From a virus, in UHGV virus genome UHGV-0146066: DNA of 25,475 nt; one strand, 5' to 3'. The translations under genes and the position numbers were made by a program. Under the pieces are notes generated by a model. The model was given only the letters and a program-made list of their open reading frames with translations. It was not told the DNA's origin and did not search any database. Within the stretch, counting starts at the first letter, position 1; every line of letters begins with the position of its first letter. This document shows, one piece after another, positions 9,525 through 18,335 of the stretch.

Positions 9525-10358
9525 TTAGTATTCGCCGAAATCGATCCGGTCAGTCTTAGCCACTGCGCCAATTTCGCTAGGTGTCGGTTTCTCATTGGTG
9601 GAATATACCTTGATCCATTCAGAACGACCGTTTTCCTGAATATTTCGGACACGTAAACGCGGTGCGCCAGAAGTATTACAGGTTAATTGCCATGCGCCAT
9701 GCTCATTAGCTTGAAGGTGAATTAATGCTGTGTCGGTTGAATATGGATTACCGCTAGCAGTTCCCTTGTAAGTTACGAAACGGTTTCCGGCTAATGCCTC
9801 GCTGTCAATCGGACCCGTGAATGGATTTACACCAGCACCCAAACCAAAATCACCCTGACGTAAGATCCGGCCTTCGGTAGCAATACCCCTTGCCAAAATC
9901 CCGCCATCTGGTTCAAGTTTAAATTCCAGTGTTACAGCTTTGTTATCACTACCACGGGTTTTATGTGATGTGACGTAAGCATCGAATATACAAAAGTACC
10001 CTGTGTTAGCAGCACTATAGCCAGAGTTCACAACATAGAACATACGGAAGCGTAAAGGTGTTTTATCCTCTACCGCTTTCATCAACATTGCTTGATGTTC
10101 ATCGTCAAGAACACGGTTTAATGTGAGTGTTGTCGGTTCCAGTCTACGATAACCAGCAAGTTTCCCCGTAGCGTCCTGATCGTACTCTTCCAGAGTTTCT
10201 ATCTCTGTGGATTCGGTTAGCGTAGGGAATGCTGCGATGTTCTCCATAGAACTAAAGCTAGGATCGAAAAAGTCGACCTGATTGTCTATCTGGTTAGAGA
10301 TCGACACTTCAACATGTGATCCAGTGAAAATATCTAAGTTATCTTGTGTAATATTCAT
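9525..10358 (-). CDS. Putative major tail protein paralog (gpV-like N-domain) with fiber-like C-terminal motif, 277 aa
   Basis: EHQAMLMKAVEDKTPLRFRMFY resembles the gpV segment [21 protein letters not shown]. C-terminal NEKPTPSEIGAV resembles the KPTPxE motifs in the tail fiber. Lies after a gpU-like gene. Confidence 0.45.
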   Translation of the reverse strand: MNITQDNLDIFTGSHVEVSISNQIDNQVDFFDPSFSSMENIAAFPTLTESTEIETLEEYDQDATGKLAGYRRLEPTTLTLNRVLDDEHQAMLMKAVEDKTPLRFRMFYVVNSGYSAANTGYFCIFDAYVTSHKTRGSDNKAVTLEFKLEPDGGILARGIATEGRILRQGDFGLGAGVNPFTGPIDSEALAGNRFVTYKGTASGNPYSTDTALIHLQANEHGAWQLTCNTSGAPRLRVRNIQENGRSEWIKVYSTNEKPTPSEIGAVAKTDRIDFGEY

Positions 10359-10367
10359 TATTACCCC

Positions 10368-10790
10368 TTAAAAACGCGCTAGATAAGAAAATTTAAGGCT
10401 AAGTGTCCCAACGATACCCCCATCACTAGAATCATCGTCATAATCGGTATTAGAAGCTACTGGAGTGATATCTGAAATAGAGAAGCCCAAATCTTTAAAT
10501 CGTGGGTTATCCGGCTGAATCTGGATTATCTGGCAAATACCCTCATGGATTTTTGTTTCATGAATCTGAGAATATAATTGCATTTCGATAACGCATTCAG
10601 CTTGCATTGCATTACCACCACGAACACGCGTATAAGTTTCATTCATGCCAGTAATCCAACAAACCACGTCATCACTAAAGCCTTGCTGAGTTTGTTCTAC
10701 GTTTAAAGCCAGACCTAAATCTTGTTCGATAATATCTTGCAAGGCGCGTTTGATTTTCAGTCTCGGCATATTATTAACGGTAGCGAGCAT
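10368..10790 (-). CDS. Head-tail joining / tail terminator-like protein, 140 aa
   Basis: AGGGGG Shine-Dalgarno. Position between head genes and tail tube genes; size similar to gpU-class proteins. Overlaps the upstream ORF by 17 nt. Confidence 0.4.
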   Translation of the reverse strand: MLATVNNMPRLKIKRALQDIIEQDLGLALNVEQTQQGFSDDVVCWITGMNETYTRVRGGNAMQAECVIEMQLYSQIHETKIHEGICQIIQIQPDNPRFKDLGFSISDITPVASNTDYDDDSSDGGIVGTLSLKFSYLARF

Positions 10791-11064
10791 GTGTACCCCC
10801 TGCTAAAGTGATAAAGCAATCACAAGTATTGTCACCATTGCGCTTAACGTATTGAACTTTGAAACGCTGGTTTTCTACTGTGACAATATCACCTTGCTTT
10901 AAGTCTCCCTCACGACAGAATAGAAATTCGGTTTCTGTCATTACACCTGATTCGTCGGTAGTAGTAATTTCATGGTAAGCACGAATTGATTTACCACCTT
11001 CCACCGAAAATACAGGAGCACTTTTAAACATTCGATTTAATTGTGATTCTGATAATTTGAACAT
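10774..11064 (-). CDS. Head-tail connector / head completion protein, 96 aa
   Basis: AAGGGGG Shine-Dalgarno. First gene after the capsid gene terminator. Function inferred from position only. Confidence 0.4.
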   Translation of the reverse strand: MFKLSESQLNRMFKSAPVFSVEGGKSIRAYHEITTTDESGVMTETEFLFCREGDLKQGDIVTVENQRFKVQYVKRNGDNTCDCFITLAGGTHARYR

Positions 11065-11093
11065 AGTTACCCCCTTTATGGAGTATTTACATA

Positions 11094-11120
11094 CAAAAAA
11101 GCCCCACCGTTAGGCAGGGC
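11094..11120 (-). terminator. Intrinsic terminator after the capsid gene and its extension ORF
   Basis: Hairpin 11101-11120 followed by a U-tract on the minus strand (plus A-run 11094-11100). Homologous to the terminator at 5258-5286. Confidence 0.65.
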
Positions 11121-11126
11121 TAATTA

Positions 11127-11255
11127 TTATTCTTTAGTTTTACGTTGTTTTTTAACTGTGGCTTTCGCCGTAACCGTCTGAGATTCTTCTTCCTGAGATG
11201 GAATCAGATTTTCTTCCCCCAAATCGGGGGAAGGTTCAGATGGTTCTACGTTAGT
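11127..11255 (-). other. In-frame 42-codon extension ORF after the UGA stop of the capsid gene (candidate readthrough product)
   Basis: Codons directly after TGA (11256-11258) read TNVEPSEPSPDLGEENLIPSQEEESQTVTAKATVKKQRKTKE, then TAA at 11127-11129. Differs from the 5293-5412 extension by in-frame indels only. Confidence 0.55.
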
Positions 11256-13262
11256 TCATTCAGCGGAGATGTGAAGAACTTTCAGAGCTTCCGGCTGAAC
11301 TACGGTGAAGTCCAGGTCTACCCAGATACGCGGAACGATAGCAGACTGTGCGCGGTAAGTGGTGTCGTCCATATCCAGTTCCAGACCACCCCATTCACCG
11401 ATCATGATACCGGAGAAGTCACCCAGAACGATGTGGTCTGCCGGAATAACGCCAGAAGTAACTACATCGTAACCAGCCAGTTTGCCGTTTTCGATGATAT
11501 AACCGGAAACGCCGTTATCTTTCAGGGTAGATTCCAGTTCAGCAGCAGTTGCACCGCTCATTGCAAACTTGATGGACTGTGCCGGAACGCCAGCGTCGGT
11601 CAGTGCTGCAATTTCTTTCAGGAAGTCTTTGTAGCTAAAAGCGGCTTTCTTAGTAACGCGACCACCGTCTACCAGTTGCTTAACCAGACCTTTCGGACCG
11701 CGCTCGTTGTCTTTGTCAGACAGAATCAGTTGTTCCAGTTTGATCCGAACAGATTTGTTAATGTGATCAGTGATCAGGGTAGCAATATTCGGAACAGTTT
11801 TCAGAGACTGACGGCTGATCGGGTTGCCACCAGCAAAAGTTTTCGGAGCCATTTTCACGTTTTCAAAGCTAGCCTTCGATTCGGGGGCACTTCCATTTTC
11901 ATCAACAAAACCAAAGGCTTCGACGCTGGAAGCAGTCATTTTTGGTACTGCAATCGGGCTATTCAGACCAGACAGAACAGTCACACCCAGACGACCCAGA
12001 ACAGACTGTGGAAGCAGCATTTCTACATAGGATTCGGTCAGCAGTTTTTCGTCGGTTACAGCGGTCAGAGTAGCTTTGGTGTTACCTTCGGAAGCAGCAC
12101 GCAGAGCAGCAGCCGGAACGAATACAGAGCCACCGCGAGCAGCACGACCACGCTGCATTGCAGCACCAGCAGCCATAGCGGAATATTCAGCTTCGTTAGC
12201 GCCGAGCACGTCGCCATCTACCAGGGAGCGGATTACGTTATTAAGATCGAAAGTTTTTTCCATGATTTGTTCCTTATTAATTTGTTCGTTATTACGTTGA
12301 ACATTGGTAATGTTATTTAGTGCCTTAGTGCGGAATGCTTCCGGCGTCATATCTTTAACTGCCAATGCGCGTTCTAATTCTTCGTCGTTAATATTTAACT
12401 CACGAGCGATTGCTCGGATTTCTTCTTCGTCTTCTTCGGAACGTTCAGCCACTTCTTCGATTTTTTCTTCTTCAACCGGAGCGGCTTCACGTTCTTCTTT
12501 TACTTCTTCTGTTTCCCGAACAGTTGAACTATCATCATCAACACTTTCAGGATGTTTAGCGTCTTTTCCGTCTTCGAGATTTTCATCTTCTTTATTCTCT
12601 TCAACTTGGCGCTCTTGAGTTTCTTCTACTTCCGGTTCTTTATTTTCTTCTACCGGAGTTTCTTCAACCTGAGCGGGTTCTTGTTCTTCTTTGATTTCTT
12701 CGATTTGTTCTTTAGTCATATCGCGTTTAGCCTCCAAATTAACTGTGATAGTATTTAGAGAGCGATTCAGACCCACGGTGTCGTCTGCGGGAACAGACAC
12801 CCATGAAACCTCGTGAGGAATCCATTTAGTAACAATCAATTGTCCTTTGGTGTAGTCGATGTGATATTCTTTAATGTCATAACCGACAGAAATTTTTTCC
12901 ATCGTACCTTCAATGACTTTATTACGAATATCATTAGCCAAAGTGCCATGCTTAGAGAATTTAACCAGAGCACGACCTACGTTATCCGCATCGATTCGAG
13001 CGTTACAAACGACACCAATATGATTATCGAAATTATGATTGAACAGCAACGGAGCGTTATTATTCAGACGAGACAGATCAACCGCTTCCGGTGTATGTAC
13101 CAGAATTTCATCTAATACCACCATTTCTTGATTTTGCTCATCCCAGAATTGGCGCTGATAAGGCTGTTCACTGGAGAAAGCAATTTCAAATTCGTATTGA
13201 TCATTCTGCCCTTCGTTAATAACTCCACCGTAACCGTTAAGATCGCGGCGAAATTTAAGCAT
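11256..13262 (-). CDS. Prohead protease - scaffold-like acidic linker - HK97-fold major capsid protein in one 668-aa ORF
   Basis: N-terminal ~180 aa protease-like region, then a very acidic Glu-rich segment, then a C-terminal ~335 aa capsid-like region (GGSVFVPAAALRA...). Internal AAGGA-N7-ATG at 12263 could start a separate capsid product. Confidence 0.7.
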   Translation of the reverse strand: MLKFRRDLNGYGGVINEGQNDQYEFEIAFSSEQPYQRQFWDEQNQEMVVLDEILVHTPEAVDLSRLNNNAPLLFNHNFDNHIGVVCNARIDADNVGRALVKFSKHGTLANDIRNKVIEGTMEKISVGYDIKEYHIDYTKGQLIVTKWIPHEVSWVSVPADDTVGLNRSLNTITVNLEAKRDMTKEQIEEIKEEQEPAQVEETPVEENKEPEVEETQERQVEENKEDENLEDGKDAKHPESVDDDSSTVRETEEVKEEREAAPVEEEKIEEVAERSEEDEEEIRAIARELNINDEELERALAVKDMTPEAFRTKALNNITNVQRNNEQINKEQIMEKTFDLNNVIRSLVDGDVLGANEAEYSAMAAGAAMQRGRAARGGSVFVPAAALRAASEGNTKATLTAVTDEKLLTESYVEMLLPQSVLGRLGVTVLSGLNSPIAVPKMTASSVEAFGFVDENGSAPESKASFENVKMAPKTFAGGNPISRQSLKTVPNIATLITDHINKSVRIKLEQLILSDKDNERGPKGLVKQLVDGGRVTKKAAFSYKDFLKEIAALTDAGVPAQSIKFAMSGATAAELESTLKDNGVSGYIIENGKLAGYDVVTSGVIPADHIVLGDFSGIMIGEWGGLELDMDDTTYRAQSAIVPRIWVDLDFTVVQPEALKVLHISAE

Positions 13263-13283
13263 TTAATCACCTTTAATTAATTG

Positions 13284-13300
13284 GGGGCATTGCGCCCCCG
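13284..13300 (-). other. GC stem-loop between the portal and capsid genes
   Basis: GGGGGC-ATTGC-GCCCCC inverted repeat. No U-tract; on the minus strand it immediately precedes the AAGGTGA Shine-Dalgarno of the capsid ORF. Confidence 0.4.
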
Positions 13301-13307
13301 TTGGTTA

Positions 13308-14819
13308 TTAGGGATCGGTTTGAGAAGGGTTATCCTTGCTCTCACCATCAACGATAATATTTAGTGCGCTCTTTTCGGCTTGAATCTCTGAGAATACTTT
13401 TTCAGGATCATCACCACGTTCTAATATAACGGCAGTACGTGATTTAAGTCCGTTATCAATTAAAGCAATCTCGGCGCTTACGTCTTTAAATGGATCGACG
13501 GATTCAAAACGAGGACGAATAATAGTAGTGTTCTCGATAATATGCGGAATTGCAGTAATACGAATCGGAACAATACCACGCGCAGAATAATGGCGTAGAT
13601 ATGCTTCAAAAATTGGCAATACCACTGTTTCAATCAATTTGTTTTGCAGTGCTTTAACGCGCGTTCTTTGAAGTAATTCGCCGTAGCGTGCGGCGCTGTA
13701 ATTTATTTGGCTAGTATCGCCAGTTAAGCCCTGATTGAACACGCCAAGACCCATCGCTATACTCGTGAACATTCCATCATTGAAGCTGTTAAAGTCATCG
13801 CCGCTTTGCGTGGATTGAATACTCTTGATCGTTGCCCCTTCCGGTAATTCCTGAATAGTACCTGGCGCGAAATCGTGAATAACTTCCGGCGCTTGATATT
13901 GTTCATCATCTTCACCAGTATCAAAATCGTCACCAGAATCTTTCGGACGCTCGATGAACGCCATGCTACAACTTGAAATTCGTTTATGTACCAGTACAGC
14001 TTCGCGGAATGCGTCTTGATGTGCGATATCCTTAATCACTGGCAGGAAGTCAGTCACACCACGCAGAGATTCAGCCGCAAGTGGTTGATAATAATGACAT
14101 ACTTGCGAAGCATCTACGCGATAGTTATCACCTGTGTAAGTCTGAGTCAGTAGGTTGATTTTACGAAACCAAAATGCAACAGGGCGCATTGTTTCTACGT
14201 CATACTCGATCCCCTGATAGATAGCGCGTTCTTTGCTTACTTCACGGTTGAGCGTCCAGTCGCACTTATCAGCAGACAGGATAGAAACATTTAACTCATT
14301 GTTTTCTTTGGTTAAAACTATGAAGCACTCACCACCCATAACGCGCTCACGTTCAGCCATTACCAGCAATTCACGGAAGTTAAAGCGACCGTTACGAGAG
14401 AAGCGTTTAGCATTCTGCGCCCACTTCCAGAAAGCATTCTCGATCTGCTTATTCAGTGCGCTATCAAGTTTTCCATTTGATTTAACAACTGACGGCTTCG
14501 GATCTAGGCCAGTACCTACCACCATATCGGTGATGTATTGCGTGTAGCGACTGCCTACGGAGGTGTTTAAGGCCAGAGTACGACCCTGATCATAAAGGCG
14601 CTTACCATTCGATTTGAGAGCCTTATTGAAGGTTCCTGTGATAGTATCTTGTTGAAGCGATCCATCAATGCGATCACCAACCAGACCTAAACTTCGAGTA
14701 GCCAGAGATTTCTGGAATTTTTCTACTTGTTTGTCGATAAAGATTTTTTGTTGTTGCTGGCGGTGATTAGTTTTAACTGGAGTTTCTACCGCCTTTTTGC
14801 GTCGAAAAAGATTAAACAT
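13308..14819 (-). CDS. Portal protein, 503 aa
   Basis: Size and position between the terminase and protease/capsid genes. AGGGG Shine-Dalgarno. Acidic C-terminus. Confidence 0.7.
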   Translation of the reverse strand: MFNLFRRKKAVETPVKTNHRQQQQKIFIDKQVEKFQKSLATRSLGLVGDRIDGSLQQDTITGTFNKALKSNGKRLYDQGRTLALNTSVGSRYTQYITDMVVGTGLDPKPSVVKSNGKLDSALNKQIENAFWKWAQNAKRFSRNGRFNFRELLVMAERERVMGGECFIVLTKENNELNVSILSADKCDWTLNREVSKERAIYQGIEYDVETMRPVAFWFRKINLLTQTYTGDNYRVDASQVCHYYQPLAAESLRGVTDFLPVIKDIAHQDAFREAVLVHKRISSCSMAFIERPKDSGDDFDTGEDDEQYQAPEVIHDFAPGTIQELPEGATIKSIQSTQSGDDFNSFNDGMFTSIAMGLGVFNQGLTGDTSQINYSAARYGELLQRTRVKALQNKLIETVVLPIFEAYLRHYSARGIVPIRITAIPHIIENTTIIRPRFESVDPFKDVSAEIALIDNGLKSRTAVILERGDDPEKVFSEIQAEKSALNIIVDGESKDNPSQTDP

Positions 14820-14829
14820 GATTTACCCC

Positions 14830-15324
14830 TTATCGCGTAAGACGTAATTTGATATTTTTAATCGGACTAATTCCCTGTTTACGTCGTTCGGCTTGAATTA
14901 ATTTAGATAACTGACGTTCATAATCAGTCTTTAATTGCTGGAGAACAGCCAATGACTCATAGGCGAAAGTATTCCCTTTCACTGTCATTTGAGATAATGC
15001 GGCTTCGTCCCCAGATAAACGGGCGAAAATAACTTGCTCGATTAAGGCGATAGTTTCCCGCAGATATTCTTTTTTGGATTGTTTGGCGAATACTGGCAAA
15101 ACAGTTAATTCCTGCATTGATACCAGTTCTTCTTCCAAAGTTATTACGATGGTATATTTACCTTCGGCAAAATCTAAGGTTTTAATCTCATGATTAGCCG
15201 GAGAATCATCAACCTGATAGATAATATCTTTATTATTTCCTACCTGAATTGTTACACCCTCTTCATTCGCCAGCGTGACTTTTTCGCCTTTACGAATTAC
15301 TAAGGGAATTAGTTCTAAACTCAT
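14830..15324 (-). CDS. Hypothetical head protein, C-terminal half gpW-like (head-tail joining), 164 aa
   Basis: Lies between the large terminase and portal genes, the position of lambda W. C-terminal helical segment loosely resembles gpW. Confidence 0.35.
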   Translation of the reverse strand: MSLELIPLVIRKGEKVTLANEEGVTIQVGNNKDIIYQVDDSPANHEIKTLDFAEGKYTIVITLEEELVSMQELTVLPVFAKQSKKEYLRETIALIEQVIFARLSGDEAALSQMTVKGNTFAYESLAVLQQLKTDYERQLSKLIQAERRKQGISPIKNIKLRLTR

Positions 15325-15396
15325 AATTACCCCTTATTTAATTGTTATTGGATTAACAATATTTAGGAGTAAGCCGCCCCGAAGGACGGCGAGTTA

Positions 15397-17301
15397 TTAG
15401 AACGATGTTACCCAGCTACGGCCTCTATTTGGGCGTCTGGCGATGTTTTTACGTTGTGGTCGTGTGATTGGCTTATTTTCTTCGATTTGCTCGTCAGATT
15501 GCGATTTAGGAGCTTCTACGGGTTCTTCTGGTTCGCGGTTCAAACTATCTTTGATGGCTTCGAGTTTTTCCCATGACATTTTATTGAGTACATGGCGAGA
15601 AGCAGCATAGGAATAAGCCAGGCAGTCGAGAGCCTCGTTTCGTTGCTGACCAACTTTTACCCAACGTGTGGTATTACCCTGCCGTTTCAACTGTTCAGAT
15701 AACAATTGTTCGCAGTAGTCATCAGGAACGTCACCAATCTGGAAGACCGTATGAGGATCGCTGTCTCTCAAGTTCCGGTTAATCATTTCACGGATCATCG
15801 TCTTAAGGTTGTTTACGCCCAGAATTTTAAGAGTAAAACCACCCGTTCTTGTGTCCTTGACCGGAAGGATTGGAGCATCAACATTGCTTGCCCCTTTAAT
15901 GGCGCATAGGTTTTGCCACCTAGTGCAGAAGCGATAGATCACGTTTGTAGCTCGTCCGTTCGATGAGTCCACGAAAGCAGATAGCATCGGGATTCGTTGA
16001 CCTGATCGGGTATAGAATTTAGCTTTCAGGAAGTTGTAAAGCTGGTCATATGCTGGCGATTCGTGGCGTTCGCAGTTCACATCATAGAATGATCGGTGAT
16101 CAACTACGCATATCCCCTTACGAGAGATACCCAGCAAGGTAGATTCCAGACGGTCTTTTTGCTGGTCAACTCCACCTACCAGAGCCAGAACATCATCAGG
16201 AATATTATCTAAGCTAATGTCAGTTTTCAGCGTTTCCAGTTCGTCGGCTGTGCGGTCTTCGTTAAGATCATCGAAGGTTTCACCGAGCACCACATTATAG
16301 AACGTTGCCAGTGACATATTCGCGTAGCTATCAGCAAAGTCCACCACACACGCACGGATAGAACTAAACGGAGACATAAGGCGGTTAGCATGAAAACCGA
16401 TTACTTCCGCATTTGGTTCGGTGGCGACCCATTCTCCCTGAGCAACAGCACGGAGGCGATCTGGTTCTGACCAATCAGTTTCACATGACGGGCAACGGTA
16501 AACGGCTGTGTCTGGATTCGGCAGTGATTTACCATTGATTACATGCCAATCAAAGAATACTCTACTCCATTCCATTACGTGTTTGTGTCCGCAATGCTGG
16601 CAAACGACGTGGTATTTTCTTTTATCCGAGAGTTCCCATTGTTGGTTTATCGCCCCATCCCGCGAAGTTGGAGTAGAAGCAATTACGATCCTTGCATCAT
16701 CACCGAAAGTGGTTGCGCGTTGTTCCGCTAGCTGGATCGGGTTCCCTTCGTCTGACTCATCAGCCGCATCAACTTCATCCAGAATAATCAAAGGCAGTGT
16801 CTTACCGCGCAAGTGTGATGGACTGTTCAGCGACATGAAATACATGAATGATCCGTTACGAAGCTGAATAATCGATGAGTTGTTAACGGCATTGCGATCT
16901 GATTTGTCGGTGATCATCGCCTTTAATTCTGGGGTTGCCTCTAATACTGGCTTCACCTTACCCGCAATCCATGAGTTCAATTCTCGAACGTTCGCTTGCA
17001 AAACACCGATATTAGTAGGGTTACTGGCGATCCTGTGAAAGATAATACCGTTTAGCACAAGAGTTTTACCCAACTGTGCCGAGCACTTTAGCACAATTTT
17101 TCGCCTATCTTCGGTGATCGCGTCCATCATTCCACGTTGGAAGGGATGCAACTTAATTAGAGATCCGGCTTTAACACCATCGGTTGCAACTACATTAGCC
17201 TCTACCCATTCGCTAGGTTTCATCGTTTTAGGTGGGCGAATTGCCGCAGAGATATTTTTAAGAATCTTTTTTAATTTGGCCTTATTAGAAATCAGTTTCA
17301 T
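15397..17301 (-). CDS. Terminase large subunit, lambda gpA family, 634 aa
   Basis: N-terminus IRPPKTMKPSEWVEANVV resembles gpA RPEPQTAVEWADANYY. Also IKGASNVDAPILPV versus gpA IKGASVYGKPV, and RNEALDCLAYSYAA versus RNEALDCFVYALAA. GAGGGT Shine-Dalgarno. Confidence 0.85.
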   Translation of the reverse strand: MKLISNKAKLKKILKNISAAIRPPKTMKPSEWVEANVVATDGVKAGSLIKLHPFQRGMMDAITEDRRKIVLKCSAQLGKTLVLNGIIFHRIASNPTNIGVLQANVRELNSWIAGKVKPVLEATPELKAMITDKSDRNAVNNSSIIQLRNGSFMYFMSLNSPSHLRGKTLPLIILDEVDAADESDEGNPIQLAEQRATTFGDDARIVIASTPTSRDGAINQQWELSDKRKYHVVCQHCGHKHVMEWSRVFFDWHVINGKSLPNPDTAVYRCPSCETDWSEPDRLRAVAQGEWVATEPNAEVIGFHANRLMSPFSSIRACVVDFADSYANMSLATFYNVVLGETFDDLNEDRTADELETLKTDISLDNIPDDVLALVGGVDQQKDRLESTLLGISRKGICVVDHRSFYDVNCERHESPAYDQLYNFLKAKFYTRSGQRIPMLSAFVDSSNGRATNVIYRFCTRWQNLCAIKGASNVDAPILPVKDTRTGGFTLKILGVNNLKTMIREMINRNLRDSDPHTVFQIGDVPDDYCEQLLSEQLKRQGNTTRWVKVGQQRNEALDCLAYSYAASRHVLNKMSWEKLEAIKDSLNREPEEPVEAPKSQSDEQIEENKPITRPQRKNIARRPNRGRSWVTSF

Positions 17302-17388
17302 GTAATTACCCTCATTACGAAATATGAAGGTATTTATTAAATTGTTGATATTTTGATAAATACGGGTATTAAGATTTAAGGGGGGTGT

Positions 17389-17994
17389 ATGCTAATTAAT
17401 CAGCAAGAAAGAGATGAATTAGAATTAGCCTTGTCTTGTTGTACCGATCATGAATATCGTTTGCCAGTTAAGCACCATCACAAGAAGACTGATTACACTA
17501 CATCCGGTTTTAGTCGCGAAGAAGCGAAGCAAATTTTAATCGAGTTGTATCGCGATCATGGGTATACAGATATCCATAACTTCTTTAAGAAGCACCGAAC
17601 ATCACAGACAGAGTTTCAGCGAGTCCGTGAATGGTTTGATTTTGATATCAAGCGTTATTATCGAGTGGATGACGGTCCAATCTATCGGTTGCAGTGGAAG
17701 CCGATCAGGGAAGTGCTTAAACAGAAGAGATTGAATCATGCCATTACACGCTATCGTAACGTGGCTTTCAAGAAAGGCTATGGTGATACAAGGGAATTGT
17801 TTGTAGAACTCGCTAACGTGCGATATAGCCATTATTACAGGAATCCTAAAGAGTTCTTCGAAGTGCTGCGCAAGGTTGATATAAGTCGGGGTACATACTA
17901 TTCACGGTTGAAGAAGTACGGGATTAAGGCAGAGTTTTTTATGTCAGTTGACGATGGAGAACTTTTTCCGATAAAATGTAAGTCCTCTAAATAA
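17389..17994 (+). CDS. Hypothetical DNA-binding protein with C-terminal HTH (ISRGTYYSRLKKYGI), 201 aa
   Basis: AGGGGGG Shine-Dalgarno. Divergent from the large terminase gene. The C-terminal motif resembles recombinase/Fis-type helix-turn-helix. Confidence 0.5.
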   Translation: MLINQQERDELELALSCCTDHEYRLPVKHHHKKTDYTTSGFSREEAKQILIELYRDHGYTDIHNFFKKHRTSQTEFQRVREWFDFDIKRYYRVDDGPIYRLQWKPIREVLKQKRLNHAITRYRNVAFKKGYGDTRELFVELANVRYSHYYRNPKEFFEVLRKVDISRGTYYSRLKKYGIKAEFFMSVDDGELFPIKCKSSK

Positions 17995-18028
17995 AGGTGA
18001 ACATTCACTTTAATTTGGAGAAATGACT

Positions 18029-18253
18029 ATGACTACTAAAGCTACTCGCGGTCGTCCTGCCCGTTTTAATCGTGAACAACTGGCAGAGATTGTAAAAGCG
18101 TACTATCAAGCACCGAAAGGTAAAGAGAACAAAGAACGGGTATTAAATGAGCATGGCTTATCTATAGCCCAGCTATACAAATCCCTACATAAAGTTGATT
18201 TGAAATTCTTTGTTCAGGTTGACGGTGAAATGGTAGAAGCAACAGGAAATTGA
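18029..18253 (+). CDS. Small HTH-like protein (TRGRPARFNREQLAEIVKAYY), 74 aa
   Basis: GGAG Shine-Dalgarno is 8 nt upstream of the second ATG at 18029; the track start at 18023 has too short a spacer. Paralog of the ORF at 21192-21371. Confidence 0.55.
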   Translation: MTTKATRGRPARFNREQLAEIVKAYYQAPKGKENKERVLNEHGLSIAQLYKSLHKVDLKFFVQVDGEMVEATGN

Positions 18254-18261
18254 TTCTCTAG

Positions 18262-18288
18262 GCCAATCCTTCGGGGTTGGCTTTTTTT
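18262..18288 (+). terminator. Intrinsic terminator of the 17389-18253 operon
   Basis: 8-bp stem (18262-18269 pairs with 18274-18281) with UUCG tetraloop, followed by T7 (18282-18288). Confidence 0.8.
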
Positions 18289-18301
18289 ATACCTACAGAT
18301 A

Positions 18302-18327
18302 CAAAAAAGCCCCTGAAATTCAGGGGC
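18302..18327 (-). terminator. Intrinsic terminator downstream of the Rha gene
   Basis: GCCCCTGA-AAT-TCAGGGGC perfect hairpin at 18309-18327, with a U-tract on the minus strand (plus A6 at 18303-18308). Confidence 0.7.
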
Positions 18328-18335
18328 AAAAATTA

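Noticed and set aside
11145-12320. 391-aa plus-strand ORF from the track
   Set aside because: Entirely antisense to the protease-scaffold-capsid ORF. Low-complexity, Phe/Cys/Ser-rich translation with no ribosome-binding site. Typical shadow ORF.
17302-17388. Divergent promoter between the large terminase gene and the 17389 operon
   Set aside because: The region is AT-rich with TTGATA-like hexamers, but no -35/-10 pair with acceptable spacing could be assigned confidently by eye.
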